Positions 1 through 7,410 of a stretch of 32,000 bases of DNA are shown here, piece by piece. Numbering within the stretch: the stretch's first letter is position 1; every line of letters starts with the position of its first letter. The stretch is from the NCBI GenBank assembly GCA_963675915.1, contig OY780959.1, positions 1,680,001-1,712,000 on the forward strand. Direction: 5' to 3'. Below the pieces are notes generated by a model. That model was not told the DNA's origin. It searched no databases and saw nothing but the letters and a program-made list of their open reading frames with translations. A program made the translations under genes and the position numbers. The DNA is from Coprobacillaceae bacterium (GTDB lineage: Bacteria; Bacillota_I; Bacilli_A; Erysipelotrichales; Coprobacillaceae).

Positions 1-704
1 ACGTTGGTCTGATAAATCAGCTCTTTGACATTTTGGGCAGTCACCCCACAGCCGGCAATTATCTCAATTTGGTCACCATAGTTTCTAACCAAATATCTAA
101 GCATGTCCACCCCGGCAACTGCACTTGGTGCCTGTCCTGATGTCAGTAAACGGTCAACACCCAGACTCACCAAAACCTGAATCGCTTCAATCGGATCATG
201 GCATACATCAAAAGCCCGATGGAATATCGCCTTTTTATCGTAGGCATGGATCAGTTCGACCACTTCTTTGACACGATAATAATCGACGCGTTGATTCTTA
301 TCCAAAAATCCAAAGACGATTCCGTCCACATCCGCTTCCAGCAAATCAATAATTTGATTCTTGATCACCAGATATTCTTCATCAAGATAGTTAAAACCAC
401 CCGAACGGGGTCTGACCATCGCATTGACTTCCAAATTCAGATTGTTTTTTACCAGTTTGACTGTCGAGATATCCGGAGTCAACCCGCCCAGCGTCAAGGC
501 GCTGTTGAGTTCGATTCTTTTGCCTCCGGCCTTATGAACCTGCAAGGCATCATAATAGCTGCCACAGCATATTTCAACACTGGTTTTTTTTGTCACCAAT
601 CTTTTGGTGTAGTCGTGGTCAAGAACCGGACCGACTCCCTGAAATATCAAATCATTAAGATAGATATCGACCCAACGGCCACTTAAATATATTTTGTTTT
701 TCAT
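1..704 (-). CDS. cutC: Copper homeostasis CutC-family protein (N-terminus and most of the protein in window; C-terminus runs off the left edge)
   Basis: My own reverse-strand translation from ATG 704-702 gives MKNKIYLSGRW...KKTSVEICCGSYYDALQVHKAGGKRIELNSALTLGGLTPD...AMVRPRSGGFNY...FHRAFD...RLLTSGQ...IIAGCGV, which matches CutC TIM-barrel signatures. SD GAGGTGA lies 4 nt upstream. The gene is absent from the ORF track because it is open at the window edge. The track ORF 198..686(+) is its antisense shadow. A roughly 40-aa N-terminal extension precedes the usual CutC start, so the start is uncertain. Confidence 0.8.
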   Translation of the reverse strand, partial: MKNKIYLSGRWVDIYLNDLIFQGVGPVLDHDYTKRLVTKKTSVEICCGSYYDALQVHKAGGKRIELNSALTLGGLTPDISTVKLVKNNLNLEVNAMVRPRSGGFNYLDEEYLVIKNQIIDLLEADVDGIVFGFLDKNQRVDYYRVKEVVELIHAYDKKAIFHRAFDVCHDPIEAIQVLVSLGVDRLLTSGQAPSAVAGVDMLRYLVRNYGDQIEIIAGCGVTAQNVKELIYQTN

Positions 705-737
705 TAACTCACCTCATAAATCAATATACACTCCAAA

Positions 738-766
738 TAAAAAGTATGTTCATCACATACTTTTTA
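738..766 (-). terminator. Rho-independent terminator after the giant pilin gene
   Basis: Hairpin GTATGT-tcatc-ACATAC (744-760), flanked by an A-run and a T-run, 24 nt downstream of the stop at 790. Confidence 0.55.
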
Positions 767-789
767 TAATTCAATTAAATTAATTATAT

Positions 790-2508
790 TTAGAAAGTGT
801 ATTTTTCAATAGTATAACTTATGCCTGCATTACTATAACTGTACGAACTTGGATTATCAATGAAGGTTTGGTTGTAATAATCGTTGACGGCTGAAGCTAC
901 TGTGTTTGCCGCACTCTCTGTAATTATATCGGTATCAAATGTAATCACATACACTTCGTCATGTTCATTACCGAATATAAAGACCTGATCACCCACAACA
1001 TAACACGAGTTCGGATCGTATTGGTTGGACTGAAGTTGCCATCCACCGGAAACTCGATCACTCTCGGTTCCAGGATTGGTATCGTCTCCAGTTGTCACCT
1101 TCTTGAATATCTCTTTATGCCCAATCTCAACGCTGCCAGGTGTGTAACCGGCACCGTCTGCATAGGTTACTTTAACATATGCCCCTGGGGCATATGATTC
1201 ACTACTAGAAAAATCAACTGTCTCATCACTGAGAGTATAAATATCATCCTTGGTTACAATCAAACCTGGATAGATATCTTCATTATACAATTCATCCAGT
1301 TTGATAAACCCATCACCATCATACCAATACAACGAAGTACCGGCATAAACCATATCTCCAAGTTCATATGATCCGGATGAATTTGGAGTGTTTTCAGGCA
1401 ATACATCTTCGTATTCAACAGTTTGTTGTTGTTCAGAAGACAGCAAAGTCACCAAAATGTCCTCGGTAATTTCTTCCCAACGACCATCCTGATTAAAAGT
1501 GAACTCAAATTTATTCCAAACATTCTTTTTATCAAGTTTAATATCTTCTCCCTTATTCCCTGTTCTTCTCCAATATTTGTCACCAATTTTTATAATGGTA
1601 CCTAGGCGGAACTTGAAATTTCGATTATTGTTTGGTGCTACCACTTTAACATAACCGTTAGCATTTTCACTCAACAAATACAGATATTTTGTCAAATCAA
1701 TATCAAAATCGACCTTGACAATGTTATTAAGATCATCACCTAAAAGTTTATCTGCAGTCAAGTCAATTATATATTCGAAATCTTCACCATTGTCCGGATA
1801 TTCAAAAGGTTGCAAATTATTGAAGACCTGATACTCAGATCCATCCCAATAGAGCATTCCAAAAATGTATGTTTGCTTATCCTCTACAGTGAATGAAGGA
1901 TCTGATAAGTAGTATGACAAAATCGCATCAGGATCTAGAGGAGTCGCAGTATTAATCGCTTTTTTAAACACTAACATATCCGCGTCATTTCTAAGCAAAT
2001 ACTCATCATTTGATCCATTATAGCCAATTCCATTATAGTCAACACTCGAATCATTGAATAGTTGGGTGGACAATGTTCGAGAAATCAAATTATCGGTCCC
2101 ATCGCCGCCGTTATAATTTAGATTAAACTGCAGTTGGTCCATTTCAAAAACATCTTTTAAAACATACAACTCCAAAATGTTGATAGCTCCAGTATCACTG
2201 GTATAGAGTGTCATCACATTTTCAGAATGTTTTAATTGCAAATTACCTGACATATCAGTGTATATGCCGTACTCATCATCATCCAAATCGGAACTTGCAG
2301 GTACTATGGCAACATCCATAGCATCCTCAACTTGTTCATTAAGAATCTCATTGACATCATTCAGAGCCAATGTTTGGATTTGGGTTATCGACATATTGCT
2401 ATAAGATTTAAAATTTCCTACAAATGTCTGCCCAATCACCGCGGAAACAATTGCCCCCATCGCCAGAACAACGATGATTTCAACCATAGTAAAGCCTTTT
2501 TTATTCAT
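790..2508 (-). CDS. Giant prepilin-type N-terminal cleavage/methylation domain protein (572 aa; type IV pilin/pseudopilin-like with a large C-terminal region)
   Basis: The N-terminus MNKKG|FTMVEIIVVLAMGAIVSAVIG is a class III (prepilin) signal with Gly-1, Phe+1 and Glu+5. SD GAGGTG lies 6 nt before ATG 2508; the track start at 2517 is a GTG inside the RBS. The rest of the protein resembles no family I can name. Confidence 0.75.
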   Translation of the reverse strand: MNKKGFTMVEIIVVLAMGAIVSAVIGQTFVGNFKSYSNMSITQIQTLALNDVNEILNEQVEDAMDVAIVPASSDLDDDEYGIYTDMSGNLQLKHSENVMTLYTSDTGAINILELYVLKDVFEMDQLQFNLNYNGGDGTDNLISRTLSTQLFNDSSVDYNGIGYNGSNDEYLLRNDADMLVFKKAINTATPLDPDAILSYYLSDPSFTVEDKQTYIFGMLYWDGSEYQVFNNLQPFEYPDNGEDFEYIIDLTADKLLGDDLNNIVKVDFDIDLTKYLYLLSENANGYVKVVAPNNNRNFKFRLGTIIKIGDKYWRRTGNKGEDIKLDKKNVWNKFEFTFNQDGRWEEITEDILVTLLSSEQQQTVEYEDVLPENTPNSSGSYELGDMVYAGTSLYWYDGDGFIKLDELYNEDIYPGLIVTKDDIYTLSDETVDFSSSESYAPGAYVKVTYADGAGYTPGSVEIGHKEIFKKVTTGDDTNPGTESDRVSGGWQLQSNQYDPNSCYVVGDQVFIFGNEHDEVYVITFDTDIITESAANTVASAVNDYYNQTFIDNPSSYSYSNAGISYTIEKYTF

Positions 2509-2561
2509 TAAAAACACCTCGCAATCTTAAATGCAGATTCAAAACTACTATTTTATATAAT

Positions 2562-2879
2562 TTATTCTATTCCGTAACCATCATATCTTGCAAAAGAAAT
2601 GCTTGATTCTTCATCAGAAGTCAAGATAAGTTTCTTTGCTTTGACCGTCTTGGTTACATTATTATTATATACAACATCAACCGTTACTTCAGTCCCGCTG
2701 ATATGGTTCCAATTATCAATTTCTATTTTAATCTCATCACTGATTTTTTGATATTGAGCAGTGCTGACATCCTGTCGCAAAGATGCCGCGAATCCGGTCC
2801 CAACAGCCAGTAGAATTATTGATAAGATTACTATTGAAACTACAACTTCAATCAAAGTCATCCCTTTGTTATTTAGCAT
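2562..2879 (-). CDS. Small prepilin-type pilin/pseudopilin (105 aa)
   Basis: N-terminus MLNNKG|MTLIEVVVSIVILSIILLAV with Glu+5. Overlaps the upstream gene by 11 nt, indicating translational coupling. Confidence 0.75.
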   Translation of the reverse strand: MLNNKGMTLIEVVVSIVILSIILLAVGTGFAASLRQDVSTAQYQKISDEIKIEIDNWNHISGTEVTVDVVYNNNVTKTVKAKKLILTSDEESSISFARYDGYGIE

Positions 2880-3318
2880 AATTTTGAAGCCTCCAATCCC
2901 ATCCGATTCCTTCGACTCCTGATGCTGATATGATTCCAGTCAGTGAATATTCAATTGCTCCTTTATACACTGTTACTGAGATTTCAGCTACATTTTCACC
3001 AGTTCTGGTGATTGAGGCAGTACCATCTTTAATTTGGCCAAAAGCACTATCATCCAAAGTGATATCAAGTGGATATGTAACACTCGGATCTGCTTCAGGG
3101 GGAACCATACCCGCAGCCACCGGATCAGTTGAATTTTCAATAGGGTAAGCCACCATATCAATTACATTTTGGGCCGTCAATTCCAACTGGTCTTCAACCA
3201 TGGTATGAATTATCCTATTTGATTGAAAATTAGACAAAGTTAAAAGCGAGACAATCAGAACAATTGCCACTAAAAATATTCCTAATACTGAGACTAGACC
3301 AAATCCCTTATTATCCAT
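2869..3318 (-). CDS. Pilin-like minor component lacking Glu+5 (149 aa; ComGG/PilX-like topology)
   Basis: N-terminus MDNKG|FGLVSVLGIFLVAIVLIVSLL is a prepilin-like hydrophobic helix with Ser instead of Glu at +5. First gene of the three-gene unit. SD AAGGGAG upstream. Confidence 0.55.
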   Translation of the reverse strand: MDNKGFGLVSVLGIFLVAIVLIVSLLTLSNFQSNRIIHTMVEDQLELTAQNVIDMVAYPIENSTDPVAAGMVPPEADPSVTYPLDITLDDSAFGQIKDGTASITRTGENVAEISVTVYKGAIEYSLTGIISASGVEGIGWDWRLQNYAK

Positions 3319-3357
3319 AGCATTAACTCCCTTATAAACATTATCCTATATAACTGT

Positions 3358-3386
3358 ATTATAACTTCATATCATGTAAAAATCAA
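3358..3386 (-). promoter_or_regulatory. Sigma-A type promoter of the pilin operon
   Basis: On the minus strand: TTGATT (3386-3381), a 17-nt spacer, then TATAAT (3363-3358). Lies about 40 nt upstream of ATG 3318. Confidence 0.5.
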
Positions 3387-3654
3387 GACTGGTGTGTAAC
3401 CGTGTGTGAAAAAAAACAAGAAAACCTTGAGATAATCATCGTTTTTGCTATAAAGCTCCAGTGTAGGAAAGCGCCTTCTCAGTATTCATAATCATCTAGC
3501 AAGTCATTATCTCCTTGTTTCAAGCGATATCAACACCCAAATAAGTATTTTGATTGATAGCATATTTTCCATTAAAGCACCTTACATATGACTATATTAT
3601 ACTTGTATAGATTGGATTAACATGAGATAACCATATGAATATAAATTTTGGAAA

Positions 3655-3684
3655 GAAAAAATGCCGGAGCCTTTGGCTACCGAC
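3655..3684 (-). terminator. Probable intrinsic terminator after the 449-aa surface protein gene
   Basis: Imperfect hairpin GCCGGAGCC / GGCT(A)CCG with one bulge, followed on the minus strand by a T-run (TTTTTTC). Confidence 0.4.
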
Positions 3685-3690
3685 ATTTGA

Positions 3691-5040
3691 TTAGATGCTT
3701 TGTTTTTTCAAACTCCGACTTTTACGCGACTTGATCAAAACCAATAGGGTTCCAAGCCCCAAGGCACCACCAAGTCCATAAGTTGCGTAAGTATAAGTCT
3801 GCAATGAACTTTCAAGATTGTCGACTTGGGAGATCATCGCTGAATATTGCTCATTGGAAATTGTACTTCCTTCCCAAATCTGCAATGTGTTTTGGGATAA
3901 TTCATACTGATAAATATCTTCGTTTCCAGCTTCATCCATATAATAGATCAAACGGTAATCACTGAATTGTTCTTCATCAAAAGTCCATCCTGGTACTTCA
4001 CGGTCATCAATTCCGATAATCGCCGGAGTGCAACCTTCGATATCAATCAGTTCCGCAGGAACCGTAATTATATAACCATTTAGCCCCAGCAAAGTTGCTG
4101 CTGAGATCTCAGTTAAAATTTCATTGTCGGCAACAACATACCAACTCTCCTGTCCTTGTTCATCTTCAAGATAAACAAGGTTTCGGGCGATGTTCTTGGC
4201 ATAGAAACCAGCTATTTCCTGATCACTTACCGTAACCGGTTCTTCCGAGTAATCATCTGGAATCGACACATTCTTGAAATCTCGGACGACTCCCAAAGTT
4301 GCAGATCCATATGTAAGGAATACTAACGGTTCAAGTTTACGATGAACATTTATTTTATAAGTCGATTTCGATCCATTCTCAGCTGTACAGACAACTTCAA
4401 AATTGTTATCCCCTTCGCTGATTGTTTTTTCTCCAGTTCCGCTGACACTTGCCTTGGAATCGGTTGCCGCAGCATTGATGGTGATTTTTTCAACATCCGC
4501 TGCCACACTTACATTATACTCCTTGGTGCTTGAGTTGAATTCAACATTCAAATCATGTCCAACCACACTCAAAGACGATATTGTTGACACTGACGACTTG
4601 ACTGGCGCCGCCGGAGTTGTCGGCGTCGGAGTTGGGGTTGGGGTTGGAGTATTTGATGATGTATCTTCCGGCTCAGTAATATGCACAAAAACAGTTTTTG
4701 TAAGTGTTTTTGTGGAGTAATTCAGCTCTCGATTGGTGTATGAACCATCTACTTTTATCGTTACTGTCCCTGATTGTCCAGCAATACACTTAAAGGTATT
4801 AACCGAATTAGTATAATACGCTTCGGTACCAACATCTCCACTTCCATTGGTAACATCAATCGAATATTCTGCGGAATTTTCCCCGGTGGAAACTGTGACC
4901 GTAATCGTTCCCCCAGGGGCAACATATGCTGGACTAACCTTTATGCTTGGTGGTGCAATCACAGCATCCGACTTTAACATATTACAACAAAAAACCAAAG
5001 ATAAAGTTACCATTATCATTAATAATCTAGTTAATTTCAT
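3691..5040 (-). CDS. Secreted surface protein with Ig-like N-domain, (TP)n linker, cadherin-like beta-sandwich domain and C-terminal membrane anchor
   Basis: Signal peptide MKLTRLLMIMVTLSLVFC. TPTPTPTPTPTT linker (nt ~4611-4652). SLSVVGHDLNVEFNSSTKEYNVSV...STYKINV matches the cadherin-like beta-sandwich pattern. The C-terminus GLGGALGLGTLLVLIKSRKSRSLKK is a TM helix plus basic tail with no LPXTG. Confidence 0.65.
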   Translation of the reverse strand: MKLTRLLMIMVTLSLVFCCNMLKSDAVIAPPSIKVSPAYVAPGGTITVTVSTGENSAEYSIDVTNGSGDVGTEAYYTNSVNTFKCIAGQSGTVTIKVDGSYTNRELNYSTKTLTKTVFVHITEPEDTSSNTPTPTPTPTPTTPAAPVKSSVSTISSLSVVGHDLNVEFNSSTKEYNVSVAADVEKITINAAATDSKASVSGTGEKTISEGDNNFEVVCTAENGSKSTYKINVHRKLEPLVFLTYGSATLGVVRDFKNVSIPDDYSEEPVTVSDQEIAGFYAKNIARNLVYLEDEQGQESWYVVADNEILTEISAATLLGLNGYIITVPAELIDIEGCTPAIIGIDDREVPGWTFDEEQFSDYRLIYYMDEAGNEDIYQYELSQNTLQIWEGSTISNEQYSAMISQVDNLESSLQTYTYATYGLGGALGLGTLLVLIKSRKSRSLKKQSI

Positions 5041-5048
5041 TTATTCAC

Positions 5049-7220
5049 CTACTTAATTTCCTTTAAAATTCCAACTATATAATCTCTGACCATCATATAA
5101 TCGCCAATATCTATCTTTCCATTGTGATTAGCATCAGCTAAAATTCTTTGATTGTCATTAAGATTTACTTCCCCTACTAACGCATCTCTAATCATCATGT
5201 AATCTCCGATGTCTATTTGCCCGCTATTAGTCACGTCTCCATAAACATATACAGGTTCCGGTTCTAGCTCTGGCTCAGGTTCTGGCTCAGGTTCCGGTTC
5301 TGGCTCAGGTTCCGGCTCTGGTGTTTCAGTTGTTCCGTCACTAGGTTCTTCCACCGGTGTTTCATTTGGTTCCTCGGTAGTAGTATCACCAGGCTCTTCA
5401 GTCGGTGTTTCGCTTGGTTGCTCAGTAGTAGTATCACCAGGCTCTTCAGTCGGTGTTTCGCTTGGTTGCTCAGTGGTAGTATCACCAGGCTCTTCAGTCG
5501 GTGTTTCGCTTGGTTGCTCAGTAGTAGTATCACCAGGCTCTTCAGTCGGCTCTTCGACTGGTTCCGCCCCCTCATAATATGAAATTACATTCAAATCGGA
5601 TGTTTGAATATAGACATAATCTCTAGTGTAATCATAAAATGCTGCTGTAATACTGGTGAAATCCCTAGCTGTCCTATCGGTATTCAACGGACCATCTGAC
5701 TGGATTTTCACCCAACTCGCGTCTGGATTGCTTAACAGTAAAATCGGTGAATAAATCACATTATCCTGACCTACTGGAGCACCAGAAGCCGTGGTATATA
5801 CGCGATAAGATGATGTACTGGTCGCCAAATAAGTCGGTGTGATTGTTGAAACATAACCGATATCATAATTGTACAAATCGGTTGTTTCTACATTCTTCTC
5901 CTCAAGGTAATTTTTCAACATGTATCCCAGGCCAGCCGCTTTTTCACCCCAATAAGGATCAGAAGCATAGCGGACATTCAAGCCAGATTGTTTGTCGCCA
6001 AGATTGGTTCCAAAATATTTCCAGTTCCATGGATTCAAATATCCATAAGAAAGGAACCGGTTGGCATGGGAAACCACACCTTGATAAACTGTATCGTAAG
6101 AATATCCATTTGATGTATCACTGTCATAGACCGCATGACCAAAAAGGTTGTTTTTCAAAAATGCGTTCTTTGAACATCCATAATAAGATTCATTGATGGC
6201 TACCCCAAGTATCAATAGGGCATTGACACCGTACTCATTTTGGACTTTGATCAAATCTTCACCGATTCCAATCAATTTGGAATCATAAGGATCCAATCCA
6301 GAACCCGGAAGGCTTCGGTCAATGTAACTTTGGATTGAATTGTAATTCTGAGTTATTTTGTCATAAATATATTCGTTTAATTGAGTAGCTGAAAAGGTCG
6401 TCTTGCTGCGATGACTCAAGGCCTGATAATAATTGAAATATGGTTTGGCACTGTTAATGGAATTCGCATATGTATGATTCATATAATCATCAAGCATGAC
6501 CTTGTAGTCAGTATAGAAATAATGACCGTCATAACTGAAGTATGTTGCGCCATCAGTCATATATGATTGTTGATATCCAACAATATACGAAGCAGCCGCA
6601 TTGGTCATATTGGTGGTGATGTAGTGATAGATATTTCCATTGATAACCTTGTAACGGCTGGTATACAATGAATCGCTGTAGGCAACAACCTCAACTTTAT
6701 CAGCCGCCACCCGGCCAAATACACCGGCCTGTTTGAATAGAACATTGCCATTGGCATCAGTTCCAAGGTACGCGGCATCAGGTGCAATCCCACCATAAGT
6801 ATAGCCGCTGGAATATCCCGTTTCGACATTGGTATAAGTAGTAGTAACTCCATAAGTTTGATCAAAGATTACTACTCCGTATGTAATTCCATTACTGTTT
6901 GAGGTCACTTCTTCATCGGTGGTCCCCACATTGGCTGATTTCATTTGGACAACTTGACCGTCGCCGTCGTAAACTTTGTTAATTTCTTCAGTTTCCGAAG
7001 TATCAACAACTTCAGTCACTTCCAAAGCATTTTCCAGAGCGCTGGCATCAATACTGTTCTCTTCAAATGAAATTATATTTCCGTTTTCATCTACACTCAT
7101 GTAGATATTATCTTCGAGCATATATTGATCACCATAAACTTCCGTGTTGTCATTAAGTTGGACCAAAGTTGTTACCAGCGAAAATATGCATACCAAAGAT
7201 ATCAATCTTTTATATCTCAT
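5049..7220 (-). CDS. Secreted N-acetylglucosaminidase-domain (mannosyl-glycoprotein endo-beta-N-acetylglucosaminidase family) protein with acidic tandem repeats and C-terminal dockerin
   Basis: Signal peptide. The motif VNALLILGVAINESYYGCSKNAFLKNNLFGH fits the glucosaminidase A.ESg.G.S...NN.FG pattern. Four repeats of TEEPGDTTTEQPSETP and an (EP)n tract follow. The C-terminus GDVTNSGQIDIGDYMMIRD...DANHNGKIDIGDYMMVRD is a duplicated EF-hand-like dockerin signature. Confidence 0.75.
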   Translation of the reverse strand: MRYKRLISLVCIFSLVTTLVQLNDNTEVYGDQYMLEDNIYMSVDENGNIISFEENSIDASALENALEVTEVVDTSETEEINKVYDGDGQVVQMKSANVGTTDEEVTSNSNGITYGVVIFDQTYGVTTTYTNVETGYSSGYTYGGIAPDAAYLGTDANGNVLFKQAGVFGRVAADKVEVVAYSDSLYTSRYKVINGNIYHYITTNMTNAAASYIVGYQQSYMTDGATYFSYDGHYFYTDYKVMLDDYMNHTYANSINSAKPYFNYYQALSHRSKTTFSATQLNEYIYDKITQNYNSIQSYIDRSLPGSGLDPYDSKLIGIGEDLIKVQNEYGVNALLILGVAINESYYGCSKNAFLKNNLFGHAVYDSDTSNGYSYDTVYQGVVSHANRFLSYGYLNPWNWKYFGTNLGDKQSGLNVRYASDPYWGEKAAGLGYMLKNYLEEKNVETTDLYNYDIGYVSTITPTYLATSTSSYRVYTTASGAPVGQDNVIYSPILLLSNPDASWVKIQSDGPLNTDRTARDFTSITAAFYDYTRDYVYIQTSDLNVISYYEGAEPVEEPTEEPGDTTTEQPSETPTEEPGDTTTEQPSETPTEEPGDTTTEQPSETPTEEPGDTTTEEPNETPVEEPSDGTTETPEPEPEPEPEPEPEPEPELEPEPVYVYGDVTNSGQIDIGDYMMIRDALVGEVNLNDNQRILADANHNGKIDIGDYMMVRDYIVGILKEIK
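5254..5319. repeat. Hexanucleotide GGYTCN x11 microsatellite-like tract encoding (EP)n
   Basis: Read directly as ggttcc ggttct agctct ggctca and so on. In frame within the glucosaminidase CDS. Confidence 0.85.
5356..5547. repeat. 48-bp tandem repeat x4 (three near-identical units plus one diverged), coding
   Basis: The unit ggtgtttcgcttggttgctcagtagtagtatcaccaggctcttcagtc starts at 5356 (diverged copy), 5404, 5452 and 5500. It encodes the 16-aa unit TEEPGDTTTEQPSETP. Confidence 0.9.
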
Positions 7221-7410
7221 AAAACCCTCCGTTTATTTACAGAAAATATATTTTGTTACATAAAATATTCGGCAATATCCCATTTTTAATAAAAATAATT
7301 ACCCATATATATCTATATTACTACAACCGAGTACTAAAAATCAATGATTTATAAATATTAGTAAAGTAAATGCATCTTGAAAAAAGATTGATAAAATCAA
7401 GATATTTTCA

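Noticed and set aside
198-686. Track ORF of 162 aa on the plus strand
   Set aside because: It is the antisense shadow of cutC. The reverse strand gives a continuous, recognisable CutC protein with a good SD at 704, whereas the plus-strand product has no family resemblance or RBS.
3440-3510. 15-aa upstream mini-ORF (MIMNTEKALSYTGAL) on the minus strand between the surface-protein terminator and the pilin promoter
   Set aside because: The AGGAGA box is 14 nt from the ATG, which is poor spacing. The ORF lies upstream of the predicted promoter, and there is no attenuator-like structure.
5049-5250. Calling the region a cellulosome locus because of the dockerin
   Set aside because: There is no cohesin or scaffoldin gene in the window, and the catalytic domain is a peptidoglycan hydrolase. 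Only the dockerin itself is supported.
5264-5575. 103-aa minus-strand alt-frame ORF with repeated LKSLVILLLSNQAKHR units; also considered as a CRISPR-like array
   Set aside because: It is an artefact of the 48-bp tandem repeats read in another frame of the glucosaminidase gene. The repeats are contiguous with no spacers and are in-frame coding, so this is not a CRISPR array.
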